Shown: in pieces, positions 35,662 through 50,349 of the stretch
Position numbering within the stretch: position 1 is the stretch's first letter
How the letters are laid out: every line of letters begins with the position of its first letter
Origin: Nageia nagi
Taxonomy: Eukaryota > Plantae > Pinophyta
Length of the DNA: 64,000 nt
Assembly (NCBI GenBank): GCA_050084985.1
Contig: JBITNC010000001.1
Coordinates: 121,520,001 to 121,584,000 of the forward strand
Direction: 5' to 3'
Position numbers and translations under genes: made by a program
Notes under the pieces: model-generated
What the model was told of the DNA's origin: nothing
What the model saw: only the letters and a program-made list of their open reading frames with translations
Database searches by the model: none

Positions 35662-35714
35662 CTGCGCAAAAGCAACGCCACATCCCCCTCTGATATTGTG
35701 CTCTTGGACTTCAT
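35662..35714 (-). CDS. DRMY1: DRMY1-like Myb protein, coding exon 1 (MKSKSTISEGDVALLLR + AG)
   Basis: ATG at 35714 with an in-frame TGA just upstream; GT donor at 35661-35660. The peptide resembles the N-terminus of Arabidopsis DRMY1/DP1 as I recall it (ISEaDiatLLqRY). Phase-2 join to exon 2 gives R-Y-D. Confidence 0.8.
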
Positions 35715-36079
35715 TTCTTCTTGTCAGATTGAGTTTAACTCCTCAACTTCGCCATTGTTCGTAAGCTGCAGATCTTCTACCAGAAATGGGAGCAGAAAAA
35801 GAATATTTCTGCATGTAAGGATTTTACAAGGCTTTCAGCAGACCAGAGCATGTTGTCGTTGATGATGAGGTCCACCGATCGAATATCTCCAAGTCAAAGT
35901 GGTGGGGGACACAATTTCCTTAGGAATTGAGTTGTTTGAGGACAGAATTATTAATCGAACAATCTATCTGTTCATATAAAGATATAATAATTGAATAACA
36001 TGTCTTTTCTGTAAAAATACTCGTATTAAGAAGAAAGCCTTAATGGTTATCATCATTGTTTGATGAGTAATAAGAGGTC

Positions 36080-36239
36080 CATGCTATAATTTATAGGTGG
36101 TACTTTGAAGATAATTTTTTATATTATAGATTCGATAAACGAGTTGTTTTTTGATATTCATGTTATAATTTATGAATGGTAGTTTGGAGATAAATTTTTA
36201 TATTGTTAGATTCGATAAATGGATTGCTTTTTGATCAAT
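36080..36239. repeat. 2 x ~79-bp tandem repeat upstream of the DRMY1-like start
   Basis: CATG.TATAATTTAT...GATAA.TTTTTATATT.TAGATTCGATAAA...TTTTTGAT at 36080 and 36159. Confidence 0.85.
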
Positions 36240-36999
36240 CATAAAGAGTGATACATATGCTTTTATTAAAAAATGTAAATCATGTCAATATAATTTCAAC
36301 CTGATTTATATATTCATTTAAGATCTTCACTCAATTGATTCATTGTATCCTTCCATCATATGTGCCTAATTTAATCTCATTAAGAAGATTGTTATGTAAT
36401 ATTTTAATGGACATAAATTCATCATCATATTTGTAGTTCGCAATTTCAATAACATTATTTTATATTTGAAGTCTATACTATAATCATGATGGAAAATGGA
36501 TCAATGCTTCAAGAATAGTGAGATGAGAGAACTTTATGAAGTAGAAGAGATTCAATATGAACTCTCTACTCTATATTATCCATAAGGAAATAGTCAAAAA
36601 AAAGTATCAACAAATAATTTATTAAGGTTTTGTTAATAGAACAAAGAGATTTGTGCTTATATTATATTTGATATTATAAGTTTATCATACTAGCATTCAC
36701 ACTCTCATAGGTATGATCCCTTCCTCTTTGGTGTATAGGATCAAAATTGACATACATTTGGAAGTTAAGATTCCATCACTAAAGGTATTATGAAAATATC
36801 TTATGATCTATAAAGAATAAAAACTTACATAAATTACTAAGTTACTTCTTTAAATGAAAAAAATCACCATTATTGGGTGTATAAGATAATATAAGAAAAT
36901 TAATGCACGGTAATACAATAAGATATTTAAATGTCAATAAATAAAGAAGGGAAATATGGTTAAGTTAAACAATACTTATGATAAGAAGGGGAAATTATT

Positions 37000-39900
37000 T
37001 ACTAATTGATAACATCCCTACATTATCAAAGATGATTTTAAATATGATGCACAATGAGTCCAAATCATGGAAGATGAAAAATTAAAAGCCCAAGCAACAA
37101 CAAATTCCTTAAAATATTCAATGTGTAACACTCCCATCTCACATTCCAACATCTTTCATTATAAAACTTTAACATCGTAGAATCTTTATATTTTAATAGC
37201 TTGTATCTTTGTGTATCTCACATCATTAGATTATTATATTTCTCAACAAGTTCATCTCATTTTAACCTTAATATCTCATCCCAAAGAGGCAACTCAATTA
37301 ATATAATATTTTTCTTTAATTATTTTGGATTGACTTGCATATAAATGTTCAATATTGATGTTTCAAGTCCAATAACCAATTTCTTCATTAGATCCACATA
37401 AAACACACCTATTGGGGTCTTGCTAATCTCATTTGAGCAATTTTTCTTAGGAGAGGAATTTTTTATGGAGAGTGAGCCATAGAAAAAAATTTATTTGGGC
37501 CACATTTTTTAATTCCATACTCTAAGTTAAGCAACTAGTAGAATAGTGGAGGAAGCTTACTTTGTAAGAGCATTGTAGGCAAATTTGACTATGAACTTAT
37601 TTGTGGGATTTAGGGAGTAAGTCATTTTGTCTCCAACCTCCATATCTTAGAGTTTAGAACAACTTAGGAGGTCTTGAAGAGTTTAAGTTTCTTAGCTAAG
37701 AGCAAGAGCCATAGTAGTAAAGGATTTCTATTTTGGGTGACAAAAACCTTCATCTTCCTCTAAGTACTAATAGTGATAGACCTTATCACCCCAAAGGGGT
37801 TTGAGATAATGTTGGGTATTGTTGAAGAGTGGGAAGGCAAACAAAGGGAAGGGGAGAAGCCATGTATCATGCTATAAGTACACTTTTTTTCCATTTTCTA
37901 TGGTCTATTTGAGCTAAGATAGAATATGTTTCATCACCTTATAGATCCCATTCCATAACAAGGATCCCTAAGGTGTGTTTACACCTATAAGGGAAGAGAA
38001 ATTAGTGTATATGTGCTTAAATAGCTTGCCTAAAAGGGAAATGTGCATATTGTAGAGGTGTTTAATGCACAGGCCACCCATTGATTTTATTTTGCAAATA
38101 GTATCCCATGCGACTAGGTGAATTATGCATTTTTCATTGGAATAATACCATAAGAAGTTGCTCATTGTGGCTTCCATCCTATCTATTATTTTTGAGGGGC
38201 CCAAAATGTTGAGAGCCAAAACATAGGAATTACACCTATAGTGAAAAGCTAATTACTTTCCATGTGCTCAATTTTCTCTACATTTTAGCAATCAGGTTCT
38301 CCTAAAAATCACCAAATTTGTCCCCTTGGATAAGAGGCATACCCAAGTAAGAACTAGGGAGTTTAGGTATTATCATATCAATCCATTCACTTATTCTATT
38401 TAGACGATGGGTTGGGATGTTTAAGTCAAATATTTTGTTTTTTTTTATTGATCTCTTGCCTAGAGGTATGCTCATATAATTTGAGAAAATCCATGACTTT
38501 GAGAATATCATAGTGGAGATGGAGAAGCGTAAGTAGTGTGTCATTGAAAAATTAGAAATGAGTAATATGTGGGGTGTTCCCTATTGCCTGTAGATCCTAG
38601 ATCTAACCTGCTGCTTGCATTTGTTTAATTCCTTTGCCTAGAATTTCTAATAAGATGATAAATAAATACAGAGATAGGGATCTCCTTGAAAAAGTCCTTT
38701 GGTACTATGGAAGAAGCCTTTGGGATCCCCATTTATGAGAAAAAAAAATGGGGTATATTTATAAGGGAGAGGATCCATTGTATCCAAATATCTACAAAGC
38801 CAAAATTGGCCATAATTTTCAACAAGAAATACTAATTGACTTTGTTAAAAGATTTTGCCATGTCCAATTTAATGAGTAAACCTTTACACTAATGGAAATT
38901 GATGGAATGGATAAGATCATCGATAAGATCCACTCCATCAAGTAGTTGTTTGTTGCTAATGAAAGATTGTTTTCTTTCAAGATGATATTTTTAAATGATT
39001 ATTTTCAATTGATTTGTTATAACATTGGATATGATTTTATAAATTATGTTCTACAAGGATATGGGGTGAAAGGTTGATATGGTCTTAGCATCTTGGCTCT
39101 TAGGAATGAGAGATAAGAAAGTATAGTTAATTTTCTTGAGAATCTATTTGGGCTCAAAGGATTCCTTGATCATTACCATAATTTCATCTTTTAGAAGAGG
39201 CCAACAATATTTAAAGAATCCAAGGGGGAAGCCATTCTGACTTGGTGCTCCATAAGGTTTGAGATGGAAGAGGGCATTTTTAACTTCCTCTTTGCTTATG
39301 GGGTTGTTAAGGAATTATTTTTGAATATCAAAAATCTTCTCAAGAATGTAATTCAACAACTTATTTTGGGCAACTTCTTATATTCAAAGAGGAGATTCTT
39401 GAAGTAGGAGGTCACATGCAAGTCAATCTCTAAGGGAGTATTGAAAATATTTCCCAATTGGTCTTCAAGGGAGGAAATTTGGTTATGGCATTGATGAGCC
39501 AAAGTGGTAATATGAAATTATTTAGAGTTTCTATCACCCTCTTTGAGCCATTGGATTCTATATTTTTTCATCCACATGGTTTCTTGATTTAAGTAAACTT
39601 TTTGAAGTTGTTAAAGGAGCTTCAACACTTTTTCAATGATACAATCATATTATTGGTGGATTAGTTGAATTTATAGTTGTCTAAGTTGCTCTTCTAGGTT
39701 TGATCTAGTTTTTATGACATCTCCAAAAGAGGATTTTATCAGTAAACATGATTTTCCTCACTCTACCATGTTTCAATGACTAGGTCATCAAAAGAGTCAT
39801 GAGTCATCCATATTTTTTGAAACCTGAAAAAGGGATTTGAATGTTTACATGAGTAATTATAGGAGAGAGATATTGACCAATGGTCATAGATACTATAGGG

Positions 39901-41950
39901 GGAGAACCTCTATCTATATAATATGCTCATTTTCAATCAAATGTATAGATACTAGGAAACAATCTAGATTTTCAATAATGTCTTGGTCGCCTTGCCTTTT
40001 GTTGGACTAGGTTAAAAATCCCCTAACACAATTGGGCCTAAATAGTTACTCATTATCAATAAAACAATTAAAGTTTTTAGTTTTTTTCTAAATCTTTCTT
40101 GATCCTCCTTGCCTTTCTATAAGGTTTTTGATGACATTGAATTCACCACCTATTACACTTGGAACATCTCATTGTTGTTACAACCACATTGACAGTTGGG
40201 TCCATATTTCTTTTTCTAATCTAAGCATTGGGGACTATACAAATTGATGATATCAAAAATCTTTCTCATGGATAAGCATTTTTCCTTTACAGTTAGCCAA
40301 TTTATGAGAGGAGTGAATTTATACACATTCAATTTGAGAAGGATCCCAAAAGGTGATGAGACCATTGAATATCCTTATGGCATAACTAGCTACTACTTTT
40401 GTATGAGGCCAAACTTTATTTTTTAGTTTAACAAGAGCTTGATCGAAAGATTTCAATTCTTATAACATGAGTATTGTAGTTTTTTCTATAGAGACTAACT
40501 TTTTAACCATTCTAATTGCAAAGAGGGAATGGAGGCCCCAAATATTTTATGAGATGAGCTTCATAAGGAAATCTTTTGGATTTTTTTGGCCTCTAAGAGT
40601 GCATCTATTTATGATTGGGTACCTTATTCAATAGTATCATAAGCATGTTCCTTAAGTGTTTTCTAGGTTATGAGGCATCCCTTTCTTTTTTGAGCTTTAG
40701 ATTTAAGGGTTTTCATAGTATTGAGGATTTGTTTTATATATGGGGCTATCCTAGCATTTCCATAATGTGTTTATTTTGTTGGTAGCAAAATGTTCCAAAA
40801 GAGGATAAAAAAATAGGGATTATAGATTTTGAAATTCTTCCATATTTTAGCCTAATTCTTAAAGGGAAAAGTGATTGATGGGTGTGGGACCATCGAGAGA
40901 GGGATCTTAGACTACTATAGGTTGGGTGGAGGAGTAGGTTGGGAATGATATAGTTATTGCACCTATAGGGTTTTGCTAGGCTCTACAAGATATGTGGTAT
41001 TTAGTTTTTGATTGGGTGTTTCCTTTACCATGGGGTCTTACTGCGATAGACATGAAATTTGTTTTTGAGAAACTTGTGGCTAGAAAGTAGGAGGGTGATT
41101 ACTTAGTAATTTCTCTTGGGGACTTGAAAAGAATCTAGTGCTTGAGCCTTTGAAGGAGTCTATAGCCAAGCATGTGGTCAACTTCAAGGTAAATGGCCAT
41201 ACTTTATGAAAATTTTGCATCTAAATGAGATGTTTTCATAGTTAATGATTTTATCCCAAATGATATTCCTACTCAAGAGCTTGATCAACATTTTAAGGGG
41301 GAGAGGAGAGTCCAAATCTATGTGAATGTATAAATGAGAGTATTCTAGGGAGGATCAAAAATAGATTTTATCTTAAGTACAAATATTTATCCTAATCCTA
41401 TTTCTAATGGCTTCAAAAATATCTACATTCCATGTTTCACATGACATATTAAGAAAGCAAACCCACACCATAGCTATTGTAGGTGATTCCTCCTAAGGTT
41501 TAAAATTAAATTGCCATGGCTTCATTAGTAGCTCGGTTCTACCCAAAAATCATGGACCTTTTTGAAAACCATATCTTTATCTTCTTCATAAGTGAATAAA
41601 TCAAAAAAGGATCCATTAGAATAGCTACTAAAGGTTATCTCTCCTTTGGTTTCCCAAGTATAAGAAACCTAGGTTGAGATGGTGGATATTGGGAATCGAG
41701 GACCCATGAATCAGTATATTAATCCATAGGCTTCAAGGATTTCCATTTCACTTTGAATATATGGACTATAATCTCAAGAATAGTTGTCTCTTCCATAGCT
41801 TTATAGCATCCGTTTTCATTTTTATGTGGATCAAAGCTATAGAGTCAAAAAATTATGGATCTCCTTTTGGATGCTTGTCCTTATAGATATCCTTGGTTTT
41901 TTAATCTAAGATCATTGATGTAGGATGGCTTGGGGGAAGGATTCAAACCT
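37000..41950 (-). mobile_element. Decayed near-full-length plant L1 LINE (3' boundary uncertain, 36400-37000)
   Basis: ORF1-like LLMKPWQ..VWV near 41450-41530; ORF2 start MKLIS*NIWGL at 40564; RT motifs KLDMAKSF, GDPLSLYLF, YLGMPL; IHLVAWDTICKIKSMGGL (37968..38219). Confidence 0.88.
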
Positions 41951-42096
41951 TTCCTATATTCAAATGCCATGAGGTAGAGAATGATAGCCAAAATGGTTGG
42001 TAAAAGTTTTATGCAGATGTGCCCTAGTTCTTCAATTGATCATTTCTCTAAGTCTTAAAGGAAGAGCCTTAATTAAATCATTATATATTAGAATAA

Positions 42097-42133
42097 TACA
42101 TATATACATACATACATACATATATATATATAT
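42097..42133. repeat. (TA)n/(CATA)n microsatellite
   Basis: Direct reading. Confidence 0.85.
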
Positions 42134-42280
42134 TTATGTGTGTGGGGACCTGGGGGTGTTATATTTTAATTTTGAATCAATTATCATAAATAAAATAATA
42201 TTTTATTTATTTACTAAGATTGTTTCAAATAAGATTAGTGAAAATAAATTAAGGATATTTTAAAATTTTCATAGTTTTAT

Positions 42281-42687
42281 TGTTATGATGGTACAAATAT
42301 GAAAAGGGAAATATTGTAGAAATGAAATGAATATTGATTTGAAATAGAAAAATGACAACTATCTATGGGAAATAATAGAGCATGCATTGGTAAATAGAAT
42401 ACGAAATAGCATCAATAAGTAGATAAAGATAGGATTTTATTGAATAGTAACAGAATCATAGGTCGCTTCAAGGGGGCTACCTCCTTACAACTCCAAAGGT
42501 GAAAATAATGTTCAAGATCCATTTTCCACACACTTCTATCTGTTTATATTAACTAACCCTAACCTTAACAATAATGCAAAATTGGGCCCCACCCTTATAA
42601 TCATAATATTATGGTTTACAATATAAGCCAACAATTTAATAAAATACTAATACTAACACTAAAATGTTAGGATGTGGGATCCTAACA
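42281..42687 (-). repeat. 3' LTR of the gypsy
   Basis: TG..CA; about 40 substitutions and 2 indels versus 47890-48298. Confidence 0.95.
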
Positions 42688-45600
42688 TGCCACCCCTCTT
42701 GGGATGAAACTTTGTCCTCAAATCTTGAAGTGTGGAAACTATTGGTGTAGCTGATGAAGGATTTCCCATGTTGTATCTTGTGGTGCCATGCCTTGCCATT
42801 GCACAAGGACTTTTGTGATGGAGTGATTACAAAGCTATCATGAATGTTAATCTAGATTTACCCTAGGTACAACTACCATTAATCCATCCTTTGCCAACTC
42901 TAGTAATTATGTCTGAACTCGAACCTCTGATCCAACCACTTTCTTGAGATAAGAGACATGAAACATTGGATGAATTAGGAAGCTCTAATTTGTATGCAGC
43001 TGGGCTAATGCTATGTAACATCTTGTAAGGACCATAAAACTTTAGGGCCAATTATTTAGGGCCTTTTATTTTTTAGGATTTCTAGCGATAGGGTTGCAGC
43101 CTCAGAAAGACCATGTCATCTACTTGGAACTCTCTTTTCACACATTATTGATCAACTTATTATTTCATACGATGTTGGGATATCTGAAGGTTATCCTTGA
43201 GAAAATGAAGAATATCATCCCAAGTAACTAAAGTTGAGTCAATTGCTTGAACTTTACTAGTACTTACAACATACAAGGTGACTATTGGTGGAGCTTGACC
43301 GCACACTACTTCATAGGGGGTCATCTTGCTAGTAGAATTATAAGATGTATTATACCACCACTCAACCAAGGGAAGCCATCATACCCAATGCACAAGTTAT
43401 GCTAAAGCAAAATAACATAAATATGTTTCCAAGCATTTGTTGATAATTTTATCTAACCATCAATTTATGGGTGATATGCTGAGCTCATATTTAGTTGGGT
43501 ACCTTACAGTTTAAAAAGTTCTTACCAAAAATGACTTGTAAAAGTGGGATCATGATCATTGACAATCATCTCTAGCATGCCATGTAGTTTGAAAATTATA
43601 TCCAAGAATAATTATGCCACTATCACTACTTTGTAGGGATGAGCCAATAAACCAAAATGAGAATATTTGGATAACTGATCAACCACCACTAGAATAACTA
43701 GTTTACCATGAGATTTAGGAAGGCCTTCAATGAAATCCATTTAGATATTGGTCCATGTACAGGTAGGTATGGGAAGAGGTTGAAGGAGTCCTGGAGTACC
43801 CACTGTCTCACCCTTTTATCATTGACACACATCACAAGCTACCACAAACTGCTTGATATCCAATTTCATACTTGTCTAATAGAATGATCGTGCCACTTGC
43901 TTATAAATTTTCAAAAATCCTTCATGTCTTGATGTAGGTGTAGAATGCAATTCGATAAGTATTTTTGATATACATTTTGAAGGAGATGGTAACAAAATTT
44001 AACCTTTGAATCTCAAAATACCATCATGCCATGTGTGGTGTGGTTTACTCATGGGGTCTTGAGTGATTTGTTTTAGCAATTCTTCGGTGGAGCTATCCTC
44101 TGCCCACTTTTGTTTAAATTTATCCAATCATTGAAGAATAAAAGATGAAAGAGCTTACAGTGCTACTTGATCTTCAAATTTTTTAGACAAGGCATCGGTA
44201 ACCATATTCTCCTTACCTTTAAGGTATACTATCTCATAATCATACCCCAGTAGTTTGGTCACCCATTTTTGTTGCTCAAGTGTAGAAATGCATTGCTTAA
44301 TGAAAAATTTCAAATTGTGATGATCTATGAGGATGATGAAATGGTGACCAATGAGATATGGTCTCCAACATTGAATTGCATGAATGATGGCAAGCATTTC
44401 TTTTTCATAAGTGGATTTACCCAAATTTTTTCCAAAGAGTGCTCTACTAGTGAATGTCAAGGGATGCCCCTTCTACATTAATACTACCCTGATTCTTACT
44501 CCACAAGCATCACTTTCTATCACAAAGGTTTTAGAAAAATCTAGCATTGCTAATATTGGGGTGGTACACATTGCCTCCTTGAGCTTAAGGAAAGCCACCT
44601 CAGCTTGAGGGGACCATTGGAATGCATTCTTTTTTCAACAACATGGTTAGAGGTGTTGCAATCTTGCCATAATCCTTCACAAATTTCCTATAATAGCCTA
44701 TCAACCCTAAGAATCCTCAAAGACTTTTCAAAGATGTAGGAATAGACCAGTTCCACATGTCAATAATCTTTTGTGGATCCACCTTAACTCCCTCTTCGAA
44801 TATAGCATGGCTTAAGTAGTCAATTTACCTCTTGTAAATGAACATTTTGATTTTTTTGCATATAGTTGGTATTCCTTCAAAATTTGTAAGGTTTGGCCAA
44901 CATGTGCCACATGTTCTTTCCATGTCTTACTATAGTTCAAGATATCATCAAAGAAAACTAAAATGAACTTCCTGAGGAATGGACAAAACACCTGATTTAT
45001 TAAACTTTGAAATGTGGATGGAGCATTTGTGAGGCTAAAAGGCATGACCAAGAACTCATAATGGCCCTCATGGGTGTGAATTGCACTTTTTGGTATATCC
45101 TCCTCCTTGAGAAGGATTTGGTGATATCCAAATCATAGGTCTAGCTTGGAAAAATATCTTGCCCCATGCAATTCATCCAATAGTTCATTAATGATCGAGA
45201 TGGAAAATTTGTCCTTGATGGTAATTTTGTTGAGGGCCTTGAAATCCACACACATATGCCAAGAACCATCTTTCTTATGAACCAATATAATTGGAGAAGA
45301 ATATGGGCTTACACTAGGTCAGATTACTCCTGCATCCAATAGTTCCTTAACTAATTTTCCAATTTCATTTTTCTGTAAACAAGGATATCGATAAGGATGA
45401 ATGTTTGGTGGTGAATTCCTAGCACCAATTGGATAGCATGATCACATGATCGTTGGGGTGGTAAGCCCATTGGTTCCTTAAAAGTACTTGAATGCTTACT
45501 TAAGATGGGTTACAGATCCTTAGGCTTTATGATTTCAAATTCAATGATTGATAAAGAGTATAACTATTCTAGCATCCCTTTTCCAATTTTTTGTAGAATT

Positions 45601-47889
45601 GTTTCCATGTGATGTGAGCTCACAACTTATATAGATCCACCCTATAATCCCTTAAGAGTATGCTCTTGTTCATCTATTTTGAAGGTCATCCATAGCTTTG
45701 CAAAATTCCATTATACGATGCCCAAGATCCTCAACCATTGGACCCCCAAAACTATATCACATCCCCCAAGTGGTAAAGCATACATGTTGCTTTTCAAAGT
45801 ATAGTGGTCCATGCTCAGTTTGACATTATGACATGTGCCTTTACATGCTATTTTGCCTCCATTACCAACCATAACCTCAAAATTATTTGTAGGGTGGATG
45901 TAACAGTCAGCAACCTTAGCCACTCATGGATTAATGAACTTATGAGTACTTCCCAAATCCAATAATATTATGAGAGGATGCTTTTTAAAAAACCCTTTGA
46001 CCTTCATAGTTTGAGTGGTGGTAATTCTTGCTAATGCATTGTAAGAGATAACTGGGGCCTCCTCATCTAGAATTTCCTCTATAGCCTCTTTGGGTGCACT
46101 CTCATATTCCTCCTCACTAGGAGCGTCAACATTAAGTAAATATAACTATTGTTATGTACAACGATGACCATGAACAAATTTCTCATCATAATTATAGCAT
46201 AAGCCCTACTTTCGATGCTCTTCCATTTCCTGCCATGTCAACTTCTTAGTTTGCATTATGCGATTTGGTGGTGGGGTACTTGTGTTATTAGAGGAATGGA
46301 AAATATTATGTGTTTTGGTGAATGGAGGTCTTGCAGTTCATCGATGAGCATTGGCTTTATCTTCAATGAGCTTTGCCAAGGTAATAGCATCCATCATAGT
46401 TTTAGGATTAAACATTTTAACCTCTGGTTTAATTTCTTCCTTTAAGCCATTGATAAAATAACTTGTGAAAAATTCATCATCTAACCCTTCTATGTGATTT
46501 GCCAATTTCTCAAACTGATTTTGGTATTCTTTGATTGTTGTAGTTTGACATAACTTGGTCAATGCCCTGTGAAATCTTCAGTCACTAGGACCAAAATGGA
46601 TCAATAATTGTTGAGTGAATTCATCCCATGAAGGAGTAGGATGCATTTTTGAGTACCACTGGTGCCATTGGAGAGCCTCATGGTCCAAATGAAAAGATTC
46701 CATGCACACCTTAAAATCCTATAAGATTTGGTTCAATGTGAAATACTGTCCAACTTTATAAATCCAGCTAGTGGAATTATCTCCATTAGATTAGGGAAAA
46801 TCCAATTTGTTTATGTGGGGAAGAATGAAACCACCTTGTTGGATCTAAAAGTTATGATGATACCCTTATGGATTTCCTGACTACCCTGATTGCTTTGAAC
46901 TAGATGCATTGTTGGTATGACTAAGACTTAGTTGAATACTATCACATTATTATCAAGGTTTGTATTTGTGTCTTTATTTGTCAAATTTATGCTCTAAATA
47001 TACTAGTAAGTGTATCTGCCATTTGTTGGATCATAGTTTGAAATGTCATCATGGTAGGATCAACTTGTGTTGCTATTTGGGATCTTATTTTAGGTGCCAT
47101 TTCTAAAAACTACTATTTTTGAAGTTGATATTTTTGGAAACTACTATTTTTAGAAACTGCTATTTTTAAAAAGTGCATGAAAAAGTGTATGGATGTAATA
47201 TATCAAAATGATCAGCTCAAAAAGATGATCACAATGGGCTAGGACTCCCAATGATGATTTTTGAACTCCTAGACTCTTTTTTTCTTTTACATCTATGGGT
47301 CTATCTGCTTTTGTTAAGAATTTTTGAAATAGTATAGATTTTTAGTTATTTAGCTCTGAAGTTTTTGCTACCTCTAAATGCTATTTTTGGTAGCTCTAAA
47401 AAATTGCATGTCGTACATTATACATCTTGAATCAATTTTTTTTTGTGTGAAGGAATGATTCTAAGGTAAGGATTATCTACTCTATAGGCTTGTGTAAACA
47501 CCCCTCCTATCCAACTTTCACAAGAAAAGAGGCTACAAAGATGGCTTCTATGATAAGTAACTTTCCAGTGGTACTTGTTGGTGCACTATAGTTTGCAAAT
47601 AGTCAACACAACTTCCTACCTAGTTTTTGTTTATAGCCTAGATAGTCTTTGATATACCTTTCAATACGTGGAGTCCAATTCCATGTAGGGTTTTGTCTAA
47701 GGCTTGGGTATTAGTGTAGAGTTTTTGGCACCTCACTTCACACATAACTTTATGGGCAAGTGTGCTTAGCCAAAAATGATAGATCCTCCTAGATATTTTA
47801 ACACCCCCAATACAGGGTTTCTAGCTTAGACCTCTAAGATTTTTTTTTTCTTATAGTAGAATGGCCTTGGAAAGAACTCTGATACTAGA

Positions 47890-48298
47890 TGTTATGATGC
47901 TATAAATATGAAAAGGGAAATATTGTGAAAATAAAAATAAAATTGATTTGAAACAGGAAAATGACAACTATCTATGGGAAAAAATAGAGCATGTGTTGGT
48001 AAATAGAACACAAAATAGCATCAATAAGTAGATAAGGATAGGATTTTACTAAATAGTAACAAAATCATAGGCTACCTTGAGAAGGCTACCTCCTTACAAC
48101 TCCAAAGGTGAAAAATAATGTTCAAAATCCATTTCTCCACACACTTCTATCTATTTATATTAACTAAACCTAACCCTAATAGTAATGCAAAATCAGGCCC
48201 CACCCTTACAATCATAATATTATGGTTTACAATATAAGTCAATAATTTAATAAAATACTAATACGAATACTAAAATGTTAGGATGTGGGATCCTAACA
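47890..48298 (-). repeat. 5' LTR of the gypsy
   Basis: TG..CA, adjacent to PBS-like CTCTGATACTA. Confidence 0.95.
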
Positions 48299-49471
48299 AT
48301 TATTGCAAAAATAAAATCTTTTATTTGATTTAAAAGAATATAAATGATAAAATAATGTGATTGGAGTTTTCATTTTTAAAATTTAATATTAACTAAGCCA
48401 TTTACAAATTATATTTAGTTTTAAACTTTGTGTAAATAAAAAATGTTGTTGGGTGATTTTTACTATGTGAAATGTAGACAGAATGATAGCGGCCAGATAA
48501 GGAATGTTTGGATTTGGAAGGGGTATCATTCTCTTGGAATTTTAAGTAAAAATTTTCTTAGGAATGGTAGCATTGCACAATAGAGTAGAAGTGTGGCAAA
48601 GAAGACACTGGTGTTTCTAAGAAACTATCTAAGTATACATTGGCAAGATGAAGAATAGCTAGGTAGTACTCCATGAACAATCCACATGGTACATATAAGG
48701 GAAGTCATTGGAAATATTTATGGAATTGATTTGATAAGGAAGGAAAACCTTCAATGCAAGACAAGGTGGTGAAACTAGTGTAAACAATTATGAGCTATAT
48801 GCTCAATGCATTTGTAGGCTAGAATGAATAGAATAGAAGCTATGATAAGTGCATCCAAAGATTACTTAGGTATGAATATTGGCCTTTAATTTTAATAAAA
48901 GACACTCTTGAGCTTTTAAAATGCTTCTAAAATAATACATATGACTTAATTTTATGGTTTGACATAATTCTTTCCTTTTTGTTTGAAAACTATGCAATTT
49001 TGTGGTAATGTAGTTCATTACATAAAATCATTTCATGCATTGAAACATCCTTACAACATTAAGAAAGTATGTTGAATAATATAGATATCGAATGTTTTAC
49101 TTATTTAATGATGTTAAAATTGTTAACATAGCAAAAATATATTTTTTTAATGATAAGCTTGTTATTTTGAGTCATTCAGAGGTGCATTCATATGTTAGAG
49201 GAATTTTTCATTTTTATATACTATTGGAAAATTTGTTGCAAATATATAGTCAATTATGATTATGCAAATAATTTTCTACATGATCAAGAGATGGTCTATA
49301 TGCAACATTTCATGATCATATATAAGGTTTTGAAGAGAGAAAGCCATACTTAGAGGTGAAAGATCAATTTTGTATCTCTTTGAATTGCACTAATGAAATT
49401 AAGTAAAACAAATTCACGAAGCATAAAGTAGGTTTTGCATAATATTCTTTATATTATTTTGAGATGGTGCA

Positions 49472-49990
49472 TGTTGGAATGTATAATGCATTATTATAAG
49501 GTTTGTAATAATCCTCTTTGTAAATTCACTAATACTTAATGGTATCACTACATACCTTAATTATTTAAGTGAATATGATAATGTAACTTGCCCTACACTC
49601 CATCTCATGAGCATGCCCCTTGGTTAAAAGGGAGTAGCATGTCATGCCTTTGTACAATGGTTAAAAGGGTGATTCAAAGGGGGATTTTGGCCTATAAATA
49701 GAAGGCCCTCTCTTTGTGATCACTCACCAATTTGTGAAGCAAAGTTATCCTTTAGGATAGTGTTTAGGAGATGAAGTTAGGAGGATTGTGAGAGAGTTAT
49801 TTTTGTGAATGAAGTAAGACTTAGTTAGTGGATGTACTCCTAGTTGGAGGAACCACTTCATATCTTGAGTTACTTTGTGAGGGTGTTTATGCTTTAGAGT
49901 ACTGTTGAATATGTGAGCTTTCATATAATCTTAGGCATTTGGAAGTTTAATGTATGTGTTAGTTCCTTCAGTGCATTCCTATTTTGAAAT
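49472..49990 (+). mobile_element. LTR-like remnant with no partner in the window
   Basis: Starts TGTTGG, has CCTATAAATAG at 49691; does not match the copia LTR at 55319. Confidence 0.35.
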
Positions 49991-50349
49991 GTAAAATAGA
50001 GTTGTTGTGCATATAGATTAAATTTATGTTTAAGAAAGAGAATTACAACTAAAATATTTGAAGAATATTTTCTAATTATAGATCATATTTACTTCCAAAC
50101 ATTCAAGAGGTAAAATAATTTACTAATTTATTTTATAGTTGTATATTTTATTTAGAAATGAATTTTAGGAACATATTTGAAGAGAAATATTAGTTAGCTA
50201 TAGATATAAATTTATTTAAAATGAATTGCATTAGAAAATATTTGAGATGAAATATTTTATAAAATCAGATTTTAAAAAGAGTTGGAATATTATAACGAAG
50301 AAATGTTACATTAAATATTAAAAAAAAATACCTTCATAATGTGGTCATT

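Larger units (their letters stand above)
42281..48298 (-). mobile_element. Structurally complete, decayed chromoviral Ty3/gypsy element
   Basis: LTRs 42281-42687 and 47890-48298; TSD TTTAT/ATTAT (4/5); degenerate iMet PBS ending 47887; PPT after 42687; gag-PR-RT (ILVFFDDIL)-RH (YEKEMLAII)-INT (EWWYNTS)-chromodomain (VLVQWQG..TTWE). Confidence 0.95.

Noticed and set aside
42551-42570. Telomeric repeats (AACCCT-like)
   Set aside because: Only two or three imperfect units inside an LTR.
48480-48860. Possible gene or transposase fragment
   Set aside because: Purine-rich but stop-ridden, with no motif I could identify.
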